Part shown: positions 20,609-30,287 of the stretch, piece after piece
Layout of the letters: each line of letters begins with the position of its first letter
Position numbering within the stretch: position 1 is the stretch's first letter
Origin: an uncultured Candidatus Saccharibacteria bacterium
Lineage (GTDB): Bacteria; Patescibacteriota; Minisyncoccia; Phycocordibacterales; Phycocordibacteraceae
Assembly (NCBI GenBank): GCA_964469405.1
Contig: CAYXYP010000002.1
Span: 9,338-73,337 of the forward strand
Direction: 5' to 3'
Length of the DNA: 64,000 nucleotides
Notes under the pieces: model-generated
The model's input: the letters and a program-made list of their open reading frames with translations, nothing else
Databases searched by the model: none
What the model was told of the DNA's origin: nothing
Program-made: the position numbers and the translations under genes

Positions 20609-22273
20609 TTACATTCTCTCCGGTGTTGGAATACCAAGAACAGTAAGACCGTTCGTCATGGTGACCACAAATGCGCGAGCGAGCATGAGTTTATGTACTT
20701 CATAGTCGCCACCCACAATACGTTCTTGTGCATAAAAAGAGTTCCACTCTCCCGCCAGTTCGGTGAGATAGTTCACGAGTAGATTTGGCATACGAAAATC
20801 TGCTGCACGAGCGACCACCTCGGGGAAATGCAAAATAATTCTCTCGATTTTGTAGGGCTGTTGTGGCGCTCCTGTTGCTGGAGCGCCACCCTTCTCTGCT
20901 GCTTGAGCCAAGACTGACTTTGCTCGCACGAGCGCATACTGCAGATACGGCCCCGAATCTCCGTCGAGCGAGAGCGATTTTTCTTCATCAAAAATAATGT
21001 CCGAACCTGGCGCTTGCCGCAGAATCATGTACTTGATTGCGCCGATTGCGACCTGTTCTGCAATAAGCGGATCTTCATTCTTCCCGCCCGCCTTCTTGAT
21101 GACGTCTTTAATGAAACCTGCAGCAGTAATAACATTCCCTTCGCGCGAAGACATTTTCCCTGAGGAGAGTTTCAAAAAACCGGTCGCAAGATGCTCGGTC
21201 TTCGCTGCAAGAAGAGGAGTCATCTCAGAGAGTGCTGCGAGTACTGTCTTGAAACGACCGGTCTGCTCATTGCCCGTAACAATGATGACTTTGTCCGAGG
21301 ACCACCGTTCTTCTTTGAGAAACGCGAGTCCGATATCCTTCGCTTCGTAGGTTGGTGTGTTGTGTGACGTGATAAACACCATCGTGTGTACGCCCTTCTT
21401 CTCCCCGTTATAAATAATAGCGCCATCGCTTTTCTCGAAGATTCCTTTTGCGAGCCCGTCATGCACGATGCGCACACCCGTCTCGGTCGTGTCGCTGTCA
21501 AAAAATTCGAAATCGAAATGCGTACCGAGGATGCGCCAAATGCGCCGGAACTCTGCCACAGAGACGTCACGCCCTTTGCGCCACAACTCCATAAGCGCGG
21601 GATCTGCACCGGCGTATATCGCCTGATTGAGTACATCTATTTCCTCTTTTGATTGAGAGTTATTCTCATACGCATTAGCGCCCTCAGTATATGCCCTACC
21701 TATTTCTTCGGCAGTTGTCGGCTCGCTCACGCCATTTTTCTGCAGCCCCCATAACGCCTTCGCTACGTTTGGGCCGATATCACCGCCAAAAGTGTTGCGT
21801 GCTAGCGTCGCCCCAGAATTCTCGATGAGTCTTGAGACTGATTCACCTATAATTGTCCCAACGAGATGCCCCACGTGCATTTCTTTAAATGCATTTGGGT
21901 TTGAGTACTCAATAATAACTCTGACTCCTTTCGCCATAACCCCCTTCCCCCACTCTGCACCCTTCGCATCTGCTTCTGCAACTATGCATGTTACTGATTC
22001 CCGCGCACAGGTGATATTTATAAACCCTGCTCCAGCGACTTCAATTTTCGAAATGGAGTCGCCGAGAGCGTTCTTGAGTTCCTCTGCTAATTCCGCTGCT
22101 AATTCACGAGGATTCTTATGCAAAAGATTTGCCTTCACAAGTGCAGCGTTGGTGTAGTAATCCCCATGAGACATTTCGGCCGGCCTATCGAGTGCAAACG
22201 GGTAAAGTGCGTGCTGTGGTACACCAGCTTTTGTAAGGGCTCTTTCTACTGCTGTTCTAATCCGTTCCTCCAT
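20609..22273 (-). CDS. argS: Arginyl-tRNA synthetase
   Basis: HGDY.TN.A, EYSNPN..K.MHVGH, KMSSREG, GDSGPYLQY. Confidence 0.96.
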   Translation of the reverse strand: MEERIRTAVERALTKAGVPQHALYPFALDRPAEMSHGDYYTNAALVKANLLHKNPRELAAELAEELKNALGDSISKIEVAGAGFINITCARESVTCIVAEADAKGAEWGKGVMAKGVRVIIEYSNPNAFKEMHVGHLVGTIIGESVSRLIENSGATLARNTFGGDIGPNVAKALWGLQKNGVSEPTTAEEIGRAYTEGANAYENNSQSKEEIDVLNQAIYAGADPALMELWRKGRDVSVAEFRRIWRILGTHFDFEFFDSDTTETGVRIVHDGLAKGIFEKSDGAIIYNGEKKGVHTMVFITSHNTPTYEAKDIGLAFLKEERWSSDKVIIVTGNEQTGRFKTVLAALSEMTPLLAAKTEHLATGFLKLSSGKMSSREGNVITAAGFIKDVIKKAGGKNEDPLIAEQVAIGAIKYMILRQAPGSDIIFDEEKSLSLDGDSGPYLQYALVRAKSVLAQAAEKGGAPATGAPQQPYKIERIILHFPEVVARAADFRMPNLLVNYLTELAGEWNSFYAQERIVGGDYEVHKLMLARAFVVTMTNGLTVLGIPTPERM

Positions 22274-22291
22274 GCGGCGAGTGTACCAGAT

Positions 22292-23560
22292 TTAGTCGAC
22301 GAACGACTCTGGAATAGGGTGCTCGAACGCAAGTTTTTTCACTTTTTGTTTCGCGAGTTCAACAATCGCGTCGTCGCGTTTCGTAAGTACGTCAATCATT
22401 ATCTCTGCTACTTGCGCGGATTCGGCTTCGTGCAGTCCGCGCGTTGTCATCGCGGGTGTGCCGAAGCGAATGCCGGAAGGGTCCATCGGTGCACGTGTGT
22501 CATCCGCAATCACATTCTTGTTGAGCGTGATGCCCGCGCGATCCAAGAGTCTTTCGGCCTCTCCGCCTGAAATACCGAACGATGCCCAGGCATCGAGCAA
22601 GATGAGATGGTTGTCTGAACCGCCGGTAATCATTCTTGAGTTGTGCTCTTTAAACACTCTCTCCATCGCTTTCGTATTTGCGATGATCTGTTTCGCGTAT
22701 GTTGCAAACGAAGGATGGAGTGCTTCGTGGAATGAAATAGCCTTTGCGGCGATCTGATGCATATGCGGACCACCCTGGAATCCAGGAAATACTGCTTTAT
22801 CTATTTTCTTTGCGATCTCTTCACTCTCACGTGTAAGGATCATGCCACCGCGCGGACCGCGAAGTGTCTTATGCGTGGTCGTGGTCATAATATCGAAACC
22901 GAAATCAAAAGGATTCTTCGCTGCCCTCCCCGCAATGAGTCCAGCGACATGTGCGATGTCCATCACTGCGACTGCTCCTACTTCGCGCGCAATATCGACA
23001 AATTTCGCATAATCGAGTTCGCGCGGATATGCCGAGAAGCCCGCGAGGACAATTTTCGGCTTCGCTTCTTTTGCAACGCGCAGCATATCGTTATAATCGA
23101 TTTCACCCGTCTCGATATCTTTCATTTTGTACCGTATGAAATTGAAAACCTTAGTGAGATACGTCACGGGGTGACCATGCGTCAAGTGTCCACCATGCGA
23201 AAGATCCATACTGAGCACAGTATCGCCCGGCTGAAGGAGCGCAAAATACATCGATATATTTGCGTTCGCGCCACCAAGTGGCTGCACGTTCGCATATGCC
23301 GCATTGAAAAGTTTCTTGGCTCGTTCAATAGCGAGCGTCTCAACTTTGTCCGTAAACGCCTGTCCGCCGTAGTAACGCTTGCCGGGATATCCTTCCGCAT
23401 ATTTATTCGTCAGCGAGGACGCTATCGCCTCTTTCACCGCGCGCGACACGTAATTTTCTGATGGGATTAATTCCAACCCCTCTGCTTGCCGCTTATCTTC
23501 CCCTTCAAGCGCCGAAAAAATCTCCGGGTCCTCATCTTTTATATGATCGTAGAAACTCAT
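22292..23560 (-). CDS. glyA: Serine hydroxymethyltransferase
   Basis: LIPSENY, KYAEGYPGKRYYGG, TTTTHKTLRGPRGG. Confidence 0.98.
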   Translation of the reverse strand: MSFYDHIKDEDPEIFSALEGEDKRQAEGLELIPSENYVSRAVKEAIASSLTNKYAEGYPGKRYYGGQAFTDKVETLAIERAKKLFNAAYANVQPLGGANANISMYFALLQPGDTVLSMDLSHGGHLTHGHPVTYLTKVFNFIRYKMKDIETGEIDYNDMLRVAKEAKPKIVLAGFSAYPRELDYAKFVDIAREVGAVAVMDIAHVAGLIAGRAAKNPFDFGFDIMTTTTHKTLRGPRGGMILTRESEEIAKKIDKAVFPGFQGGPHMHQIAAKAISFHEALHPSFATYAKQIIANTKAMERVFKEHNSRMITGGSDNHLILLDAWASFGISGGEAERLLDRAGITLNKNVIADDTRAPMDPSGIRFGTPAMTTRGLHEAESAQVAEIMIDVLTKRDDAIVELAKQKVKKLAFEHPIPESFVD

Positions 23561-23985
23561 AGGCCAGTCGTTCCAAATCCTTTTCGATCAGGATTACCAA
23601 GAGAGTCAACCTCATCCCAAACAACGCGATCGAATGGCAGAATGATTATTTGTAGGATTCGATCTCCCTTTTTCAATGCAACTGAAGCATGTGTGAAATT
23701 GTAGAGTGCAGCCTGATACTCGTCGTTGTCTCCTGAAAAATCTTCATCTCCTATACCAATGCCGTTCGCCATAGAGAGCCCGCGCTTATGCAGCGAGCTA
23801 CGGGCCGCAAGAAGCACAAAATGCCCTTGCGGCGGCTTCAGGGCGATGTTGAGAGGGACCATAGCAATACTCATTGCGGGAATCTCAATATCTTCGCGTA
23901 CAGAGCAGTCCATTGCCGCCGCTCCAGCCGTCTTGTATTCCGGCAGAGGTATCCCCTTATCAATCCTTCGTACTGATACTTTCAT
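23557..23985 (-). CDS. dut: dUTP diphosphatase (trimeric type)
   Basis: AA.D, RSSL, G..DEDFSG, KGDRI.Q, R.GFGTTG. Confidence 0.93.
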   Translation of the reverse strand: MKVSVRRIDKGIPLPEYKTAGAAAMDCSVREDIEIPAMSIAMVPLNIALKPPQGHFVLLAARSSLHKRGLSMANGIGIGDEDFSGDNDEYQAALYNFTHASVALKKGDRILQIIILPFDRVVWDEVDSLGNPDRKGFGTTGL

Positions 23986-24079
23986 GCCGGGATTGTATCA
24001 TTCCAATCGAATTTGATTATTTCTCTAGGTTCCGTATGATGCGGCAGGATAACAGTTCACTACTAGAAAGGAGAGCATC

Positions 24080-24967
24080 GTGTACAACTTCTACAAACCG
24101 CTCGACAAACGGACTCCGGACACGCAGTACCAAGACAGACTCAAGTACGTTCTCATCAATGGAGAGCTGGCAAAAAATACCCCTCAAGGCATCGGGGCAC
24201 TGACGTGCTTCGGAACACTTCCACCAATGGTCTTCGACATTTCAAACGGCGTACCGTTAATTACCGAACGGAAAATCGGCTTTTGGAGGAAGGCCGTCGG
24301 CGAAATAATCGCGTTCGTAAACGGCGCAAGAACCCTTGATGAAATTGCATCCTATGGCTGTGATTTTTGGGAGGATTATCGTGGTAAAGGTACCGAACTT
24401 GGTCTCAATCCACATGATATGGGTCCGGGTTCATATGGTGCAGCATTCCATGATTTCGAGACGCCAGTTTTTGGGAAAACACTGAATCAATTTCAGCAGG
24501 TACTTACGCAGATTCAAAAGTATCCAGACCTTCGAACACACCTCGTAACTCCATGGAAGCCGTACTACACGGCACGTGGTCCGAATCGAAAGGTCATCGT
24601 GGCACCCTGTCACGGATGGCTTCATTTTCGAATCCTGAATGGAAAGCTGCACATGCGAATGGACCAACGTTCGGCGGACATGCCAGTTGGGGTGCCGTCC
24701 AACATGATCGAATACTCGGCACTCCTCCTCATGATGTGCCAAGTAACTGGTTACACTCCGGGAAACTATATTCATAGTTTCTCGGATGCACACATCTACG
24801 AAGAACAGCTCGGGAAGGTGCGCGAGCTAGTAAAACGGGGTGCGCACCCTTTCCCCATTCTGCGACTCGACCCTTCGGTAAAAAATCTGTTTGACTTCCG
24901 GATCGAACACTTCTCGCTCGAAGAATACGACCCTCATCCATCCATGACGATGCCGTACAGTCCTTAA
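24080..24967 (+). CDS. thyA: Thymidylate synthase (divergent)
   Basis: PLITERKI, APCH catalytic Cys, QRSAD...G.P.N, DAHIY; SD AAGGAG upstream. Confidence 0.92.
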   Translation: MYNFYKPLDKRTPDTQYQDRLKYVLINGELAKNTPQGIGALTCFGTLPPMVFDISNGVPLITERKIGFWRKAVGEIIAFVNGARTLDEIASYGCDFWEDYRGKGTELGLNPHDMGPGSYGAAFHDFETPVFGKTLNQFQQVLTQIQKYPDLRTHLVTPWKPYYTARGPNRKVIVAPCHGWLHFRILNGKLHMRMDQRSADMPVGVPSNMIEYSALLLMMCQVTGYTPGNYIHSFSDAHIYEEQLGKVRELVKRGAHPFPILRLDPSVKNLFDFRIEHFSLEEYDPHPSMTMPYSP

Positions 24968-24980
24968 TCATTCGATACAT

Positions 24981-25012
24981 GCCGCCCCATACTTGATGGG
25001 GCGGCTCTTCAT
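24981..25012 (+). terminator. Probable intrinsic terminator
   Basis: GCCGCCCCAT/ATGGGGCGGC stem after thyA. Confidence 0.6.
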
Positions 25013-25046
25013 TTTATGGTCCGACGTGCTATATATCTTGATAGTT

Positions 25047-25511
25047 ATGTCTCCCAAAAAACAGCAAGTTGATACCAAAAACGCCATCGTCGTGAAGCGT
25101 GGCGACTACGCGAATACCCTTAAAGAAATCGTCACGGGCGGTTTCTGCCCATTCTGCGAAGAGCACCTTTCCAAGCATCATCGACAACCTCTTATATACA
25201 AAAGTAAGTACTGGCTCGTTACGAAAAATGCATGGCCCTACGCAGGGGCCCGATTCCATTTTTTATTTATAGCCCGACCACATATCGAAACAACTGAAGG
25301 CATGTTGCCCGTGATGTGGGCAGATTTCCATAAACTCTATCGAAAATTAGTGCAGAGGAACAAAATCAAAGGAGCGACGCTCATGATTCGATCCGGTGAT
25401 ACGAAAATTACTGGAGCATCAGTCAACCATCTGCATGCGCACCTTATAGTCGGTGTTCAGAGGACAAACAAAACAAGGCTAGTCAATGCGCTCGTTGGTT
25501 TTAAGAAATAA
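25047..25511 (+). CDS. HIT-family nucleotide hydrolase
   Basis: CPFC Zn motif, N.WPY...H, HLHAH triad. ATG 25047 preferred as start. Confidence 0.85.
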   Translation: MSPKKQQVDTKNAIVVKRGDYANTLKEIVTGGFCPFCEEHLSKHHRQPLIYKSKYWLVTKNAWPYAGARFHFLFIARPHIETTEGMLPVMWADFHKLYRKLVQRNKIKGATLMIRSGDTKITGASVNHLHAHLIVGVQRTNKTRLVNALVGFKK

Positions 25512-25559
25512 ATAAACCCCCTCGGCCCGGATGGGACGAGGGGGTTAAGGAACAAAAGT

Positions 25560-26417
25560 TCACATCTCGACACGAATTATTTCAACTCCTTTCGCTTGCA
25601 GCACTTCCGCCCCAGAAACAAGTGCATATCCATCAGCGTAATAAAGACGCTGAATGCCTGAAAACGCACAGAGATACGCACAAGGCGGACAAGGGAATGT
25701 TGTGACCCATAAGTAACAACCTTCGGTACATATACCACGCCGAGCGGCTTCCGCAATCACTCCGGCCTCAGCATGTAATGCGGACGAGAATTCAATGCCT
25801 TGCCCAGGTTCAAAATTACTCCTTGGATCACCGTAGCAGTAAACACTTTGTTCACTGGGAATGTGCTGGTTGAATCTCGATACCACGCTTGGATTCAATA
25901 CTTTTGGTCGAGTCGTGAGAACTGCTCCTATTTGTCGCCACCAATCGGGACTTTTTTGAGCAATACCGTAGGCAAGGGACATCATTTCTCGATCAAATTC
26001 ATCAGTTGAAACGAGACGCTCCCCTTCTGGGCGCCGCTTCATTTGAGTAGCGCCCCAGTCCCAGCGAAGCCGCCAGTCCGTGGTAAATTCGACATGAATG
26101 TCAGAAAAATACTTCTTTGACATAACATGCGCCACATCTTCGTCCGGCATGATGATACGTGCGTGACGTATATTCTTGAGTGTCGCTTGAGTGAGAATAT
26201 GAACTTTCGAGAATATGTCGAGAGATTGAATCATCTTCTTTGATTCAGTTGGCGTAACTCCCGGCAAATGTCTCGTGAGCGGTTTGAATTCTCGAATGAA
26301 TTCTTCACCGAGTACATAGAGTTGACTGTCAGCAAACGCCCTAAAAAGCTTGAGATAGCCTGCGTGCGGTACCGGAATATACGCAACAAGCACCTTGTCA
26401 GACTTTGTCGATTTCAT
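25560..26417 (-). CDS. dCMP deaminase-like protein with extra ~115-aa N-terminal domain
   Basis: C-terminal HAE...TFPCPPCA Zn motifs; N-terminal VAYIPVPHAGY; SD GGAGG upstream of ATG 26417. Confidence 0.85.
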   Translation of the reverse strand: MKSTKSDKVLVAYIPVPHAGYLKLFRAFADSQLYVLGEEFIREFKPLTRHLPGVTPTESKKMIQSLDIFSKVHILTQATLKNIRHARIIMPDEDVAHVMSKKYFSDIHVEFTTDWRLRWDWGATQMKRRPEGERLVSTDEFDREMMSLAYGIAQKSPDWWRQIGAVLTTRPKVLNPSVVSRFNQHIPSEQSVYCYGDPRSNFEPGQGIEFSSALHAEAGVIAEAARRGICTEGCYLWVTTFPCPPCAYLCAFSGIQRLYYADGYALVSGAEVLQAKGVEIIRVEM

Positions 26418-27054
26418 CACGTACCTCCTGCAAAGCAACAGAGAGCCGTTTTTCAACATTCACTAATACCTTAACTGCACCATCCATACTAAGCTGTCGA
26501 ACGCGCGCTGTCGTACTCGTTTCCGCCTGCGGTGGAAGATTTACAACGAACGCACATCGCGCCTGTATTTTTTCGAGACTCGGCAGATCCGTCGTCGATG
26601 TTGAGACAACTCGTACATCGTGTTCAATAATTTTGAACAGCTGATCTTCTTCGAACTGTAGCGTGAGAATATCGACTGGCCGTATATGTCCCAGCACCTT
26701 AACGCGTTCTGCTTGTGGGACAATAGGCCGACCTGGACCTTTCCGCTTTTTTGTAATTTCGTCCGTGTCCACCCCCACAACCATGATGACATGGTCGGCT
26801 GTAGGATAACGCATGGCGACTTCGTCTTTCCCAAGCTGAATGTAGTCGCCGTGACCTATATGGAACAAATCCCATGTGCCGGTTGTAAAGCCGATAATAC
26901 AGCCCATTGAACGCAAGACCTCAATCAGCGCAACAAGATCTTTATGGTCCTGAACATACCGATCATCGAATGACGCGGTGCCCTTGAGAATCCGCAGAGC
27001 CCGGTGACGAACGTCGTCCAGCTTGGCTGGTTTGTAAGTACTTCCCTCTTCCAT
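26398..27054 (-). CDS. HIGH-motif nucleotidyltransferase (RfaE domain II / cytidylyltransferase-like)
   Basis: FTTGTWDLFHIGH, VGVDTD...KGPGRPI....ER, TSTT. Confidence 0.85.
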   Translation of the reverse strand: MEEGSTYKPAKLDDVRHRALRILKGTASFDDRYVQDHKDLVALIEVLRSMGCIIGFTTGTWDLFHIGHGDYIQLGKDEVAMRYPTADHVIMVVGVDTDEITKKRKGPGRPIVPQAERVKVLGHIRPVDILTLQFEEDQLFKIIEHDVRVVSTSTTDLPSLEKIQARCAFVVNLPPQAETSTTARVRQLSMDGAVKVLVNVEKRLSVALQEVRDEIDKV

Positions 27055-27204
27055 AGTTCTGCCTCCTTTTATTTGTATGATTTTTTAAAATGAACCGTCA
27101 ATCTGCCAGAAGAGTACGCAGAAACACCAGCAGGCGCAAGATTGACTCCCGATAGATTGTGGGTGAATATGTGGAAGGAAAACTGCACAAAAAAGGAGGT
27201 TCTT

Positions 27205-27750
27205 ATGCAAATCAGTCTTTCGCTCATAGTTGCGATGACACCCAACCACATTATCGGAAATAAAGGGAGTCTGCCGTGGGGACGCATCCCAAGTGATATG
27301 GTGCACTTCAAAAACGTAACTATGGAGGCAGGCACCGTCATCATGGGACGCAAGACCTGGGAGTCGATTTCTCCAAAATTTCGGCCGCTTCCTGGAAGGG
27401 TTAATATCGTACTCACGAGAAAACCCATTCCCTCCGATGTTCCCGAATCAGTTCATTTTGTTAAATCAGTCGAGGAAGCCTGCGAGAAAGCCGCCCTCTA
27501 CGGAAAACGCGCTTGTGTTGCTGGCGGAGAAGAAATTTACAGACTTTTCCTTGCGGTTCCGGATTTGGTAAAGGTGTACATTACCACAGTGAATGCACCT
27601 GACTTAACCGGTGATGCGTACTTTCCGAAAATGGAATCGGGCTTGGGAGCGCCCTGGAAGCGCACACGGAAAACGCCGATGTGTTACGTACATCCTAAGG
27701 ACGAATATGAAACCTCAGTAAGCGTATTTGAACGTTTCGGTATTGTTTAA
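27205..27750 (+). CDS. folA: Dihydrofolate reductase
   Basis: IVA...IG..G.LPW, VIMGRKTWESI..RPLPGR.NIVL, GG.EIY, GDAYFP. Confidence 0.96.
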   Translation: MQISLSLIVAMTPNHIIGNKGSLPWGRIPSDMVHFKNVTMEAGTVIMGRKTWESISPKFRPLPGRVNIVLTRKPIPSDVPESVHFVKSVEEACEKAALYGKRACVAGGEEIYRLFLAVPDLVKVYITTVNAPDLTGDAYFPKMESGLGAPWKRTRKTPMCYVHPKDEYETSVSVFERFGIV

Positions 27751-27896
27751 AAAAACGGCGCCCCTTAGTGAGGCGCCGTTTCTTTATTTAATCAGAAGGA
27801 TGTATTTAACGTCGACTCCTTACAGGAGCTGTACACTTTTTGGATATTTTTATTCTCTTCACTCTAAAAATCTCTCAAAAGGTTCATCGATGTTTC

Positions 27897-28316
27897 TTAC
27901 TTCACATCGATGCCCATCGAGCGAGCGGTACCGGCAATCGTACGGGCAGCAGCTTCCGGGGAAACTGCGTTCATGTCGGAAATCTTTTCAGCGACAATAG
28001 TCGCAATCTGCGCCTTGGTAATAGTACCCGCTTTCTCTTCACCCGGCTTGAGTGCACCCTTCTCGAGACCAATTGCCTTCAAAATGAGGCGCGACGCTGG
28101 CGGATTCTTCATGATGAACGTAAACGTACGATCATCGAAGACCGAGAGCTCTATTGGAATGATAGTTCCCCTTTTGTCCTTCGTCGCCTCATTGAACTGA
28201 GACACGAACTGGCCGATGTTTACACCGGCGGGTCCGAGCGCTGTGCCGACCGGAGGAGCCGGCGTGGCCGCGCCACCAGGGATTTGTAACTTGATTTTCT
28301 TAACTATTTTAGCCAT
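27897..28316 (-). CDS. rplK: 50S ribosomal protein L11
   Basis: KLQIPGG.ATPAPPVG.ALG, AGTARSMG. Confidence 0.98.
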   Translation of the reverse strand: MAKIVKKIKLQIPGGAATPAPPVGTALGPAGVNIGQFVSQFNEATKDKRGTIIPIELSVFDDRTFTFIMKNPPASRLILKAIGLEKGALKPGEEKAGTITKAQIATIVAEKISDMNAVSPEAAARTIAGTARSMGIDVK

Positions 28317-28440
28317 AAATGAAATCTATACGAATAAGTACTTTGCGTCAATTTATACGTTTTCTGCGTCCCATTTTTGGCGCCGGGGAATCCCGCCAAA
28401 TAATGTGACATAAGTGTGCGCTTTAATTTCGTAAACGATA

Positions 28441-29082
28441 CTAAAGCTTCCTTATTTGCAAAAAATCGAGCTCGACTGGTGTCTCGCGACCGAACATTGA
28501 GACCATCACCTTCACCTTCCCGCGATCCTCATCGATCTCGCCGACCTTCCCTTCCAAATCTTTAAAAGGTCCATCAGCGATAACGATTGGATCATCTTTT
28601 ACGAGATCAATGCGATGCTTCGGTGCTTCGGCCGTCATGCGCTTCATGAGCGTTTGAACCTCTGACTCTTCCATCGGGACCGGCGTATTACCGGCGCCAA
28701 CAAACCCGGTGACGCGCGGAGTGTTTCGCACTACGAACCACGAGTCATCGTCGACGATCATGCGCACGAGAATATAACCTGGATAGATTTTCTCCTCTTC
28801 GACAATACGTTTCCCTCCTTTTACATGAATTTTCTTTTCGGTCGGGACGATGACACTGAAGATCTTCCCTTCCATACCGAGAGATTCGATACGCTGCTTC
28901 AAGTTGCGCTCGACAGCGTTCTCGTAGCCGGCATAGGTGTGCACAGTGTACCAACGAGCATCCTTCTCCTGCAGCTGCGTCTCGTCACGAATTTCTTTGC
29001 GCGCCATCGGAGCAATATCTGCCATTCCGATTTCTTCTGGCAAATCCATCTCACCACTGTGCATGTGTTGTGGGTTGTCCAT
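28441..29082 (-). CDS. nusG: Transcription factor NusG
   Basis: WY.VHTY.GYE, VRNTP.VTGFVG, MFGRETPVEL. Confidence 0.97.
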   Translation of the reverse strand: MDNPQHMHSGEMDLPEEIGMADIAPMARKEIRDETQLQEKDARWYTVHTYAGYENAVERNLKQRIESLGMEGKIFSVIVPTEKKIHVKGGKRIVEEEKIYPGYILVRMIVDDDSWFVVRNTPRVTGFVGAGNTPVPMEESEVQTLMKRMTAEAPKHRIDLVKDDPIVIADGPFKDLEGKVGEIDEDRGKVKVMVSMFGRETPVELDFLQIRKL

Positions 29083-29088
29083 AAAAAA

Positions 29089-29274
29089 TTATCCGCCGAC
29101 TACATGACTCACTCCGAAGCTGAAGATATAGTCCAGCAAACTGACGATGAGTGCGATAATAACCGCAATAATGATAATGACGAACGTATGCGCCACGGCT
29201 GTATGATTCGTCGGCCAGACGATGTGCGAGAATTCTTCGCGAACGTGCTTAAGATAAGTGAAGGGTGCGTACAT
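29089..29274 (-). CDS. secE: Preprotein translocase SecE
   Basis: EF..IVWP followed by a TM helix; upstream of nusG. Confidence 0.9.
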   Translation of the reverse strand: MYAPFTYLKHVREEFSHIVWPTNHTAVAHTFVIIIIAVIIALIVSLLDYIFSFGVSHVVGG

Positions 29275-29494
29275 AAGCGTATATGTTCAGGTCAAATAAA
29301 AAAGCCCTACGGGCTTTCGATAGCGTCATTGTAGTACAACGCTCGAAATGCGTCAATGCCTCCCACGTCAGGTAACCCGATGAGAATGTGCTGTCGATAA
29401 TATTTCTATTGTCGAGTTACAAAAAGAAAAAACCCAGGTACCTCACGGCAGCCGGGTTTTCTATAGCTCTTTTTATTTCATCCCTTCTTTTAGA

Positions 29495-29770
29495 TCATTC
29501 ACACAGAAGAGGTAGTGTTTGAATGAGAATCCCATTCAAAGGATCCGAGAGCAATACTTTCTTGTCGCTCGGCGGCGAAGAGTCTTCTCCTGAATACGTG
29601 CAGTTGCTCCTGTCATCGAGACAAATGGGCTTCCCGCACCTTTTGTGTGGACAGGGAATCTCTTCGAGCTTCCCTGAAAACGTCGTCGCAACGAAATACC
29701 TTCTTTCTGAAGACCTTCTCCCAGAAGATAAGGGGCGCTGAGTTGTTTTTTTACCTCTACTCGACAACAT
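29495..29770 (-). CDS. Hypothetical small Cys-containing protein
   Basis: CPHKRCGKPIC...C; purine-rich sequence upstream of ATG 29770. Confidence 0.35.
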   Translation of the reverse strand: MLSSRGKKTTQRPLSSGRRSSERRYFVATTFSGKLEEIPCPHKRCGKPICLDDRSNCTYSGEDSSPPSDKKVLLSDPLNGILIQTLPLLCE

Positions 29771-30014
29771 GTTGCCCCCTTTCCCCTTCTGGGTAAGCCT
29801 TTTTAAAAGCGACATTGAATTCGTCTAATGTCTGACGAACGACAGGTGGTGAACCGGTACTGCGTACTGCTCCACGCGTCGTATCTCCTTCAGACTTCTG
29901 TCTCAACTTTCGACCCGGTGTCTCCGGTGAAAGATTCTTTCTGGCGAACAATGACCTCGCCAGAACGTTTTCTCTGACTTGACCGATCTTACCAAGGACT
30001 ATCCTTTTGCGCAT
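29757..30014 (-). CDS. Hypothetical basic protein
   Basis: 85-aa ORF with GGGAGAG upstream. Confidence 0.35.
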   Translation of the reverse strand: MRKRIVLGKIGQVRENVLARSLFARKNLSPETPGRKLRQKSEGDTTRGAVRSTGSPPVVRQTLDEFNVAFKKAYPEGERGQHVVE

Positions 30015-30287
30015 GATCTCTCTCCCATTACAAAACGATTATCTTAAATCATTTCATTTGGAGAGAGTACCTACGGGGACCAATCTTGGCTCATGAGACA
30101 CCTCCTTTCCAGTTGTTTATATCATTAAGGAACTACTGACACTCAGACCACAACATACAGCAAGTGACAAATACTGTCAAGACTCTCCTCCCCTGCACCC
30201 TGTGGATAGGCCATTGTGCGACAATACGACCCTGCGTCTATAGGGTCGTATTTCTTAAAAAGGAGCCCCGCTCGAAGCAAATAATTC

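Noticed and set aside
24080-27750. Prophage DNA-modification cluster
   Set aside because: No phage structural, replication or integrase genes nearby, and ThyA keeps the dUMP-specific Asn.
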